From: a virus
Taxonomy: Duplodnaviria; Heunggongvirae; Uroviricota; Caudoviricetes
Reading direction: 5' to 3' (one strand)
IMG/VR virus record: IMGVR_UViG_3300011831_000028
Length of the DNA: 36,868 bases
Shown: positions 18,454 to 26,882 of the stretch, in pieces
How positions within the stretch are numbered: the first letter of the stretch is position 1
Layout: the number at the start of each line of letters is the position of its first letter
Program-made: the position numbers and the translations under genes
Notes under the pieces: generated by a model
Database searches by the model: none
What the model was told of the DNA's origin: nothing
The model's input: the letters and a program-made list of their open reading frames with translations, nothing else

Positions 18454-18980
18454 CAGATAAGCTCCACTGTGCAGTGCGGCGCATCCTGCACCCGGCTGAT
18501 GGCCCAGCGGGCGTCACGCCATAAATCACCGCTTGCTTCCGCCAGTTCCTCGCCTCGCTTCGCACCGGAGGCCGTGGCGTCATAGTCCTGGTAACGTTCG
18601 TTGAGCATGGCGCGTGCCCAGCAGTAAACCGCGTTGAAATAGTGCTGAATGCGCTCGCTTTTGCCGTCCAGTTGTTCCGCCGGGACTTCTGCCAGCGAGG
18701 CATACCCCAGCATCTGCTGGCGTCTGCGAAACTCATACAGCTCTGCGTTGACCTCCGAAATTGCCGACAGGGCAACCTGTTTTAAACGCGGCTGCGTCAC
18801 CGTGCCGTCAGTGCGCATCACACTGCGAAACTCCGACAGGTCCACATCAGGCCAGAACGGCGTATTCCTGATGATTTCCGCCTGTTCCGGTGCCTGTTCT
18901 GGCGCAACAAACTTCATGCTGCTTTCTCCTGAAATAGAGGGCGGTGGACGGGGTTTTGATGTGGCAGTGCCTTTCGCCAC
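18453..18980 (-). CDS. L: head completion/stabilisation protein gpL-like
   Basis: ..NTPFWPDVDLSEF..NAELYEFRRRQ..LWRDARWAISRVQ.. matches recalled P2 gpL; exact start uncertain. Confidence 0.8.
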   Translation of the reverse strand: MAKGTATSKPRPPPSISGESSMKFVAPEQAPEQAEIIRNTPFWPDVDLSEFRSVMRTDGTVTQPRLKQVALSAISEVNAELYEFRRRQQMLGYASLAEVPAEQLDGKSERIQHYFNAVYCWARAMLNERYQDYDATASGAKRGEELAEASGDLWRDARWAISRVQDAPHCTVELI

Positions 18981-19012
18981 CCCGTGCCGCCCGTGCGCGG
19001 GGGCACGTTCTG

Positions 19013-19663
19013 TCAGCGGCTGTCATTGCGCAGTCTGCGCTCCAGCTGCTGTTTGTCTTTTTTCACGCCACAGCGGGGATCGAGCTGTAACGCATGGTTG
19101 AGATGATTAAGGGCAGACGCCGGATTTCTTTCACTCAGGACAGCGCCAATCGCTTTATGCAGACGCGCCCGTGACTGGTCCGGCATATCCATACCGTCTG
19201 TCAGCTCCAGGGTCTGCAGCAACAGATCGGCATCAAAGCCGGTGGCGGCAAGCATTGCGCTCTGGGCTGCATCTGCCATTTCCTCTGCCAGCACGGTCTG
19301 CACGTTGCGGTTACCTAACGGCATCACCCAGCCATGACGCAGGGCGTGACGCCCGATCTCCAGCGCCCCGGCATAATCTCCGGCATCAATGCGCCACAGC
19401 ATCACGTACATCAGCACGTCATCCTGTTGAGCGCCTCCGGCAGCCAGGACACCCTCCGCCCAGGCGGCGTACTTCGGCAGCAGCTCCACCTTGATTTCCG
19501 CTTTTTTGACCGTGGACTGAACGCCCTTGAGACGGCGGCGGTCTTCCGCCAGTTGCAGCAGCATCAGGTCATAGCCCGACGCGTGGCGAACGCTGCCGCC
19601 CTCGCGGGCGGCCTGTTCAGCCTGAACGCGCAGGCGATGCTGCCGTGCGGGACTCAGGCTCAT
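19013..19663 (-). CDS. M: terminase small (endonuclease) subunit gpM-like
   Basis: 216-aa ORF in P2 order O-N-M-L. Confidence 0.8.
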   Translation of the reverse strand: MSLSPARQHRLRVQAEQAAREGGSVRHASGYDLMLLQLAEDRRRLKGVQSTVKKAEIKVELLPKYAAWAEGVLAAGGAQQDDVLMYVMLWRIDAGDYAGALEIGRHALRHGWVMPLGNRNVQTVLAEEMADAAQSAMLAATGFDADLLLQTLELTDGMDMPDQSRARLHKAIGAVLSERNPASALNHLNHALQLDPRCGVKKDKQQLERRLRNDSR

Positions 19664-19666
19664 GAA

Positions 19667-20725
19667 TTACGCTCCGGTTTCTGCTGCTGCGGCGCTGAAG
19701 TCGCCAATCTGGATGTTTTCCACCAGTGCGGCGCAGCGGTAGTCCTCAACCACATAGGCTTCGTTAACGGATTCAAAGTTTTCAATCCGGTCACGTTTCG
19801 GGTTGTCGATAACTGAGCGGCGGCGGGTGTCTTCCTGCCAGTAGATGGACAGGTTATCCAGACGGGTGATCAGCAGTGCATTCGGCGGGAAGAACGGCGC
19901 ACGCACGGCCTGCAGGCCACCCATGCGTTTCTGACTGATGATCATATCGGCAGCCAGTTTTTCACTGTTTTCCTGCTCTTTGTTGACCAGCGGGAAATAC
20001 TTGTCAGACAGCAGTTCACGACCGCAAATCACCACCAGATCGTCATCGTCCTGGTAGACCACATCGATAAGCTCATTGACGGCATCCATCACCACGGCGT
20101 CCAGGTTGGCATATTCGCCACCTTTCCCGACTTTCACCGCACCCGGTGTGGTTTCACCGCCCGTGGTGGTGCTGCCCATGACGTGATCCGGTGCATCTTC
20201 ACGGATTTTCTGCAGCCAGCCTTTGTTCACATCCTGCAGCAGCGGGTTTTCGCTACGGTTGGAGGTTTTCGCACGCTTCACGCCGTTAAAGCCGATCATG
20301 ATGCGGTCCAGAGCCTGACGTTTCACGATGGCGTCACGGATGCGCACCTGGAAATCCTGAAACTTCGCCCACAGGTCCAGCTTCGCGTAGGTCAGCACCG
20401 TGTCAAAGTTGGTCTGCTCGCATTTATATTCCACATCGACCATCAGCGTCGGATCGACAGGTTCACGCTCTTTCGCGGTGGTGTCAGTGGTTCCGGCAAT
20501 GGTGCTGCCAACTCCCAGCCCCAGCAGCTGACCGGACTGCTCAGTCACTGGCGTGACGTTAATCAGCGTCAGGAAAGCGGCGGACTGCTGGATCTGGTCT
20601 TCCAGCGTCTGCTGCACAGACGGCTCCACGGTGAACTTGCTGGACAGTTCTTCAACTGCCACACCGTTCAGACGCGCCAGCTGCTGCAGGTAAGCGTTAA
20701 AAGCAAAGCGGGTATTCTTCTTCAT
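19667..20725 (-). CDS. N: major capsid protein gpN-like
   Basis: 352-aa ORF, size and position of P2 N. Confidence 0.85.
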   Translation of the reverse strand: MKKNTRFAFNAYLQQLARLNGVAVEELSSKFTVEPSVQQTLEDQIQQSAAFLTLINVTPVTEQSGQLLGLGVGSTIAGTTDTTAKEREPVDPTLMVDVEYKCEQTNFDTVLTYAKLDLWAKFQDFQVRIRDAIVKRQALDRIMIGFNGVKRAKTSNRSENPLLQDVNKGWLQKIREDAPDHVMGSTTTGGETTPGAVKVGKGGEYANLDAVVMDAVNELIDVVYQDDDDLVVICGRELLSDKYFPLVNKEQENSEKLAADMIISQKRMGGLQAVRAPFFPPNALLITRLDNLSIYWQEDTRRRSVIDNPKRDRIENFESVNEAYVVEDYRCAALVENIQIGDFSAAAAETGA

Positions 20726-20741
20726 CGGGTTTTGTGCTCCA

Positions 20742-21575
20742 TCAGCAATTGGTCAGAGTGTCAGCGGGGGCGTTACCGCCTGTTGCACGCTGGCGGTAGT
20801 CCTGGCGACTGTCTTCATGACTCAGCTTGTCCACCAGTTCGTTAAAGGCGGTTTGCTGTGCCTGCAGGGCAGTCTCCAGCTCAGACAGGCGTTCTTCCTG
20901 CTCAGACAGGGATTTTTCGGTGCGTGCGCTCAGGTTCTGCTGCTCAGTGGCGACCAGCTCCACGGCCTTATGCACATCAGAGAACCGGGCGTCATCGGAC
21001 TGCTCTTTTTTGGTAAACAGCGCCGTGACGCGGGCAAACAGGGACGGTTTGTCGTCCTGGATTTCTTCCAGTTCGATCACCGTTTCCTCTGCAGCGGTAA
21101 AGAGATTGGCAGGATTCTGCTTGCGGTTTGCCAGCGGGTTATGGGCTGCACTGGCGCTGAATGTCAGCATTTCCGTACCCAGACTGGCAGGGTCATCAGT
21201 GGCAGCCAAGCCGACCAGATAGGCTTTGCCCGTATCAGCGAACTTCGGGCTGACTTCCATAGAGGTGAATAATTTCTGGCCTTTTTTCACCAGTTCCACC
21301 AGGGACTCCGTTGGCTCAACGTCGGCATACAGCGCCATCTTGCCTGCCAGCGGACCTTCCGTGATTTCTTCAGCAAACAGCGCCGTCACCTTGCCGTAGC
21401 GGTTAAAGGTGCTGTCCGGCAGATAAGACTTGATGTGCTCAAGGTTAATCAGCGCGGTATACACCGCCGGGTTGTAGCTGGCTGCCATCTGTTCCAGCCA
21501 TTCACGCTGGATTTCGCGTCCGTCGGTGGTGGCACCTTCCACCCCGATGCGAAAACGCTTTGCTTTCACTGTCAT
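20742..21575 (-). CDS. O: capsid scaffolding protein gpO-like
   Basis: 277-aa ORF divergent from P. Confidence 0.85.
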   Translation of the reverse strand: MTVKAKRFRIGVEGATTDGREIQREWLEQMAASYNPAVYTALINLEHIKSYLPDSTFNRYGKVTALFAEEITEGPLAGKMALYADVEPTESLVELVKKGQKLFTSMEVSPKFADTGKAYLVGLAATDDPASLGTEMLTFSASAAHNPLANRKQNPANLFTAAEETVIELEEIQDDKPSLFARVTALFTKKEQSDDARFSDVHKAVELVATEQQNLSARTEKSLSEQEERLSELETALQAQQTAFNELVDKLSHEDSRQDYRQRATGGNAPADTLTNC

Positions 21576-21653
21576 GAGCCGTGCTCCGTTAGAAAAAACT
21601 TACTGGAGCCTTATGGTTGCGGTGATGGGGGCAGTGAAACAATGCGCGGTATT

Positions 21654-21671
21654 TGTACCGACAACCACACA
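21654..21671. promoter_or_regulatory. putative Ogr-dependent late promoter element (TGT-N12-ACA) in the O/P divergent region
   Basis: tgtaccgacaaccacaca, near-identical context to the FI-upstream site. Confidence 0.45.
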
Positions 21672-21717
21672 AACTGCAGGCGGGGAAAGCCTTCATTCAA
21701 GGCTGTAGGTTTGTGCC

Positions 21718-23484
21718 ATGAACACCACACTGACACCCGCAGATCTCGATCCCCGTCGGCAGGCCATGCTGCTGTACTTTCAGGGATACCGCGTAGCCCG
21801 CATTGCTGAAATGCTGGGCGAGAAAGTTGCAACCGTTCACAGCTGGAAAAAACGCGACAAGTGGGGTGACTATGGGCCGCTGGATCAGATGCAGCTCACC
21901 ACCGCCGCACGCTACTGCCAGCTCATTATGAAGGAGCACAAAGAAGGGAAAGATTTCAAAGAGATTGACCTGCTGGCGCGCCAGTCGGAGCGCCATGCGC
22001 GGATCGGCAAGTTTAACAATGGCGGCAACGAAGCCGACTTAAACCCTAACGTCGCCAACCGCAACAAAGGCCCGCGCCGTCAGCCGGAAAAGAACGTTTT
22101 CACCGATGAACAGATTGAGAAGCTGGAAGAAATCTTCCATTCCTCCATGTTCAACTACCAGCGCCACTGGTGGGAAGCCGGAAAAACCAACCGCATCCGC
22201 AACCTGCTGAAGTCACGCCAGATCGGCGCGACCTTCTATTTTGCCCGTGAAGCCCTGATTGACGCCCTGCTAACCGGGCGTAACCAGATTTTCCTTTCCG
22301 CCAGCAAGGCTCAGGCCCACGTCTTTAAGCAGTACATCATCGACTTCGCCAAAGAAGTGGAGGTGGAGCTGAAAGGCGATCCGATGGTGCTTCCTAACGG
22401 GGCCACGCTGTACTTCCTCGGCACCAATGCCCGCACGGCCCAGAGTTACCACGGCAACCTGTATCTGGATGAATATTTCTGGATACCGAAATTCCAGGAG
22501 CTGCGCAAAGTGGCTTCCGGTATGGCTATTCACAAAAAATGGCGACAAACCTATTTTTCCACACCATCCAGCCTGACACACAGTGCTTATCCGTTCTGGT
22601 CCGGTGCGCTGTTCAACCGAGGGCGCAACAAAGCCGATAAGGTGGACATCGACCTGTCCCACAGCAATCTGGCCCCCGGCCTGCTGTGCGCAGACGGGCA
22701 GTACCGCCAGATAGTCACTGTGGAAGATGCGGTGCGCGGCGGCTGTAACCTGTTCGACCTCGACCAGTTGCGCATGGAGTACAGCCCGGACGAATACCAG
22801 AACCTGCTGATGTGTGAGTTCGTGGACGATCTCGCGTCTGTGTTCCCACTCAGCGAGCTGCAGGCGTGCATGGTGGACAGTTGGGAAGTCTGGACCGACT
22901 TTCATGCACTGGCCCTGCGCCCGTTTGGCTGGCGCGAAGTGTGGATCGGATATGACCCGGCGAAAGGTACGCAGAACGGCGACAGCGCCGGATGCGTGGT
23001 GGTGGCGCCGCCAGCCGTGCCGGGCGGTAAGTTCCGCATTCTTGAGCGTCACCAGTGGCGCGGAATGGACTTCCGCGCCCAGGCTGACGCCATCAAAAAA
23101 CTGACCGAACAGTACAACGTGACCTATATCGGTATCGACTCAACCGGCGTTGGTCACGGGGTTTACGAGAACGTGAAAGCGTTTTTTCCTGCCGTCCGGG
23201 AGTTTGTCTACAACCCCAACGTTAAAAACGCCCTGGTACTCAAGGCCTACGACATTATCAGCCACCGCCGTCTGGAGTTTGACGCCGGACACACCGACAT
23301 AGCGCAGTCCTTTATGGCAATCCGTCGCGCCACCACCGCCAGTGGCAACCGCCCGACCTATGAAGCCAGCCGCAGCGAAGAAGCCAGCCACGCCGATCTG
23401 GCCTGGGCAACGATGCACGCACTGTTTAACGAACCGCTGCAGGGCGAATCCGCCAATACCAGCAATATTGTGGAGATTTTTTGA
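21718..23484 (+). CDS. P: terminase large (ATPase) subunit gpP-like
   Basis: 588-aa ORF divergent from O, followed by Q with 4-nt overlap. Confidence 0.85.
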   Translation: MNTTLTPADLDPRRQAMLLYFQGYRVARIAEMLGEKVATVHSWKKRDKWGDYGPLDQMQLTTAARYCQLIMKEHKEGKDFKEIDLLARQSERHARIGKFNNGGNEADLNPNVANRNKGPRRQPEKNVFTDEQIEKLEEIFHSSMFNYQRHWWEAGKTNRIRNLLKSRQIGATFYFAREALIDALLTGRNQIFLSASKAQAHVFKQYIIDFAKEVEVELKGDPMVLPNGATLYFLGTNARTAQSYHGNLYLDEYFWIPKFQELRKVASGMAIHKKWRQTYFSTPSSLTHSAYPFWSGALFNRGRNKADKVDIDLSHSNLAPGLLCADGQYRQIVTVEDAVRGGCNLFDLDQLRMEYSPDEYQNLLMCEFVDDLASVFPLSELQACMVDSWEVWTDFHALALRPFGWREVWIGYDPAKGTQNGDSAGCVVVAPPAVPGGKFRILERHQWRGMDFRAQADAIKKLTEQYNVTYIGIDSTGVGHGVYENVKAFFPAVREFVYNPNVKNALVLKAYDIISHRRLEFDAGHTDIAQSFMAIRRATTASGNRPTYEASRSEEASHADLAWATMHALFNEPLQGESANTSNIVEIF

Positions 23485-24518
23485 TGGGAAAGAGTAAGAA
23501 GAACCGCGCTGCGGCGACGAAACAGATCCAGCTTAAAAGTCAAACTACAGCCGAAGCATTCAGCTTCGGCGATCCCGTTCCTGTTCTGGACCGCCGAGAA
23601 CTGCTGGATTATGTGGAATGCGTACAGATGGACCGCTGGTATGAGCCGCCCGTCAGCTTTGACGGACTGGCGCGCACCTTCCGCGCTGCCGTTCATCATA
23701 GTTCCCCGATTGCAGTAAAGTGCAACATTCTGACCAGCACCTACATCCCTCACCCGCTGCTCAGCCAGCAGGCTTTTTCGCGTTTTGTGCAGGACTATCT
23801 GGTATTTGGTAACGCCTACCTGGAGAAACGCACGAACCGCTTCGGTGAAGTTATCGCCCTTGAACCTGCCTTGGCAAAATACACCCGACGCGGGTTAGAC
23901 CTGGATACCTACTGGTTTGTGCAATACGGTATGACCACGCAGCCATATCAGTTCACGAAAGGCAGCATCTTTCATCTGATGGAACCGGACATCAACCAGG
24001 AGATCTACGGCCTGCCCGGTTATCTTTCTGCTATTCCATCCGCCCTGCTCAACGAGTCTGCCACGCTGTTCCGCCGCAAGTATTACATTAACGGCAGTCA
24101 TGCAGGCTTCATCATGTATATGACCGACGCCGCGCAGAACCAGGAAGATGTGAACAACCTCCGCAACGCGATGAAAAGCGCCAAAGGCCCTGGCAACTTC
24201 CGCAACCTGTTTATGTACTCGCCTAACGGCAAAAAGGACGGGCTTCAGATCATCCCGTTGTCAGAAGTCGCTGCGAAAGATGAATTTCTGAACATCAAGA
24301 ACGTGAGCCGGGACGACATGATGGCTGCACACCGCGTACCGCCTCAGATGATGGGAATTTTGCCGAATAATGTTGGGGGGTTTGGGGATGTGGAGAAGGC
24401 AAGTCGGGTATTTGTTCGTAATGAATTAATACCTTTGCAAAAACGTTTCGAAGAATTAAATTTATGGCTAAAAGATAATATTATTACATTCAAAGAATAT
24501 CAACTATCCCTAGACTAA
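23481..24518 (+). CDS. Q: portal protein gpQ-like
   Basis: 345-aa ORF; P2 gene order Q-P next to cos. Confidence 0.85.
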   Translation: MMGKSKKNRAAATKQIQLKSQTTAEAFSFGDPVPVLDRRELLDYVECVQMDRWYEPPVSFDGLARTFRAAVHHSSPIAVKCNILTSTYIPHPLLSQQAFSRFVQDYLVFGNAYLEKRTNRFGEVIALEPALAKYTRRGLDLDTYWFVQYGMTTQPYQFTKGSIFHLMEPDINQEIYGLPGYLSAIPSALLNESATLFRRKYYINGSHAGFIMYMTDAAQNQEDVNNLRNAMKSAKGPGNFRNLFMYSPNGKKDGLQIIPLSEVAAKDEFLNIKNVSRDDMMAAHRVPPQMMGILPNNVGGFGDVEKASRVFVRNELIPLQKRFEELNLWLKDNIITFKEYQLSLD

Positions 24519-24565
24519 TTAATAACCACCTCTATGAGGTGGTTAACAAGAATAAACCTAATTAA

Positions 24566-25975
24566 TTACTCATCTACTCTGATTTTTTGTTTTTTATTAT
24601 TTTGAGTTAAGACATTTATGGTAATAGATGTATACGGATGAAAGTCAGGCACTATACTTTTAACCTCTCCATTTTCAAGAAAATGATGTGCTATTGAAGG
24701 AAATAAATCAGGATCTACAGGATATTTAGCATTAGGATTATGATACATATTTAAACCTTCTGCCCATGTTTCTGTAATATCGCCTTCTTTCACTTCAAAA
24801 CTAAATGCTGCTGGATATAATGCCTCTGGGTCATGATCATGGCAGTAACCACTCCTAAATAATCTAAGGTCACTTCTTCCAAAACCAGCCAGTTTTCCCA
24901 TCCGATTAAACTTCGATATAGTACCACTATTAGAACTAAGGACGGCCGAAATATTTTCAGACTCATCCAAGAAGAAAAAGCCTGAAGGAATTTCCTTTTT
25001 CTCAAATTGATGCGATATAATTTTCTTAGTTGCTAAACTGTAACATCCATCTTCAGATTTAACATGCTCATAGCGAATACCATAAAGATACTGCCAAAGT
25101 GCACTATGGGACCAAATCATAGAGTTTGGTTCATGAAAATCAGCAATTGCGAAAATTAAAGGATTCCCCTTAACATGTTCTAGATCCCAGTATCGAGTTT
25201 TCTTTTTCAGTTTAGAATAGAGAGAACTTCCAAATTTAATCGGCATATAATTCTCTATTTTCTCTAGCAATTCTTCCTTACTTTTAGGTTCAGATAGCAT
25301 TTCAGATGATTGATTAATATCATTCCCTGTTGGATTAACCGTTACAGCTTCAATGCAAATAGTATTACCATACTTACGTGCCACATAATCAGGGGCATTA
25401 AACTGCCTATCTAGCCAAAAGTGTTCCTCTCGTAAATATGCGAAAAGATATAACTCCCATAGCCGGGCATCAAAACCTGTTGTCTGAAACTGCTCTATAA
25501 AATTCCCGTCGACATCCTCAAAATGATTCATCATTTCCTTGATTATCCCTGTTGCAGGCGACCAGTTCGCGTATTTACCAAATAATGAAAAATGATGATG
25601 AAGTTTATCTGGTGTAACTATAGGTGTGAATAAATCCATTGCTTTATAAGTTTCATCACCTTGTGGAAATACTTTTACGTTTAATTTAGTATGCTTCCGC
25701 ATTAATTTCTTTAGTTTTGCTCGTGCAGAATTCATTTCTGAAACACTAGTAAATAGGTCAATACATCTATATCTCCCACTTAAGTCTCTTGCTAAAACAA
25801 TACCGCTATAATCTTCATCGATTTGATCCAATAATAGTGCCCCTAGCAGGAACTCTCTCGGACTACAGTACCACTCAAACTCATAGCCTAAAAGTTCAGT
25901 ATTTGGCATTCTGGTCCAATCAACAAAAGCATTAAACCTCTCTTTACTCATTTTTTTTATATCAAGAAAAGACAT
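24566..25975 (-). CDS. hypothetical 469-aa protein, A+T-rich accessory gene between portal gene and cos
   Basis: Uninterrupted ORF with GAGG Shine-Dalgarno 8 nt upstream of ATG; no family recognised by eye; convergent with Q. Confidence 0.6.
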   Translation of the reverse strand: MSFLDIKKMSKERFNAFVDWTRMPNTELLGYEFEWYCSPREFLLGALLLDQIDEDYSGIVLARDLSGRYRCIDLFTSVSEMNSARAKLKKLMRKHTKLNVKVFPQGDETYKAMDLFTPIVTPDKLHHHFSLFGKYANWSPATGIIKEMMNHFEDVDGNFIEQFQTTGFDARLWELYLFAYLREEHFWLDRQFNAPDYVARKYGNTICIEAVTVNPTGNDINQSSEMLSEPKSKEELLEKIENYMPIKFGSSLYSKLKKKTRYWDLEHVKGNPLIFAIADFHEPNSMIWSHSALWQYLYGIRYEHVKSEDGCYSLATKKIISHQFEKKEIPSGFFFLDESENISAVLSSNSGTISKFNRMGKLAGFGRSDLRLFRSGYCHDHDPEALYPAAFSFEVKEGDITETWAEGLNMYHNPNAKYPVDPDLFPSIAHHFLENGEVKSIVPDFHPYTSITINVLTQNNKKQKIRVDE

Positions 25976-26072
25976 CTTTCTACCTCATCACGAAAAAATA
26001 TTTTTTCCTAAAAAGACTTAAGTTAGCTTAATCTATTGATAAAAAAAAGCTAAGTAACGACCAAATACGCGC

Positions 26073-26095
26073 GCTCGTATCCCCGCCACGCCTGC
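26073..26095. other. probable cos site (cohesive-end region)
   Basis: Reverse complement reads GGCGTGGCGGGGA.., matching the start of the recalled 186 cos sequence GGCGTGGCGGGGAAAGCAT and close to P2 GGCGAGGCGGGGAAAGCAC. Confidence 0.5.
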
Positions 26096-26142
26096 CCGCT
26101 TTATGTAGTGGTTTTCATGCACCTGCATGATCTACGCAAAAG

Positions 26143-26164
26143 CCCGCCAGTTCTGGCGGGCCTT
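26143..26164 (-). terminator. GC-rich hairpin, probable terminator for the leftward A/dinI-like transcript
   Basis: agcccgccag ttc tggcgggcc; T-run follows on the minus strand (cttttgcg). Confidence 0.4.
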
Positions 26165-26296
26165 AGCAAAAACGATCCTCAAACGATCATGCGATCTCAT
26201 GCGGCATAGACATGCACTACAGAGCTAACGCCTCGCAAGGGCTCGTTGTTCAACCTTGCTGACGCCAGAAGCAAGTTCAGACGCCAGCAACGTTTC

Positions 26297-26530
26297 TTAA
26301 TGCAGCCAGCTGTCGTCTTCCCACACCTTCTGCATAATTTTCATCACTTGTTTTCTTTCTTCGTCCAGTTGCAGTCCGGTTAGTTCCACACCGTTAGAGC
26401 TACCTTTGCGAATGCGAATTACCGTTTTGGGATACAGGGGGCGCAGATTGCGGTAAAGCTCGGATTCAAGGGCGTCCAGGGTAGACTGGCTAATCTTCTG
26501 CTCTTTATCGATCATTATTTCAATGCGCAT
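26297..26530 (-). CDS. DinI-like protein (possible Tum-like SOS module component)
   Basis: MRIEIMIDKEQ..LDALESELYRNLRPLYP..VIRIRKGSSNGVELTG.. resembles recalled DinI (MRIEVTIAK..ALAGELSRRIQ..VSVRYAAANNLSVIG); GAGGTG SD upstream of Met25 of the track ORF. Confidence 0.65.
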   Translation of the reverse strand: MRIEIMIDKEQKISQSTLDALESELYRNLRPLYPKTVIRIRKGSSNGVELTGLQLDEERKQVMKIMQKVWEDDSWLH

Positions 26531-26540
26531 AAAAGTCACC

Positions 26541-26729
26541 TCAGCTGATGACATCCATTGAGCGGTTGTATTCGTGGGTTCTGATTTTTGCCATGAGTTC
26601 ATCAGTCAATTCAGAAACCCACTGCAGAGCCAGCCCCTTCTCTTCATCACTACACTCACTAGCCGCTACAAGCTTAAGAAAAAAATCAATGCGCTGGAGC
26701 TTCAAAGACTCCAAAAAATAGTCCTGCAT
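26541..26729 (-). CDS. small hypothetical protein (62 aa) co-transcribed with the dinI-like gene
   Basis: AGGAGG 4 nt upstream of ATG at 26729; LexA box immediately upstream. Confidence 0.5.
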   Translation of the reverse strand: MQDYFLESLKLQRIDFFLKLVAASECSDEEKGLALQWVSELTDELMAKIRTHEYNRSMDVIS

Positions 26730-26771
26730 CTTTCCTCCTATGACACCACACGCAATACTGTACGCATAACC

Positions 26772-26790
26772 ACTGTTTATATTTACAGTA
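26772..26790. promoter_or_regulatory. LexA (SOS) box
   Basis: actgtttatatttacagta = CTGT-N8-ACAG with AT-rich spacer, 43-61 bp upstream of the small ORF start. Confidence 0.6.
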
Positions 26791-26882
26791 TATAATAATC
26801 TTACTGATGTAAAACGTTTTTTTACGTTCATCAGCCTGATATGCCTGGTATTATAAAGAGCACGAATTGTTAACCCGCGTAA

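Noticed and set aside
22270-23052. 260-aa minus-strand ORF inside terminase gene P
   Set aside because: Entirely antisense to P with no ribosome-binding site context; compositional artefact.
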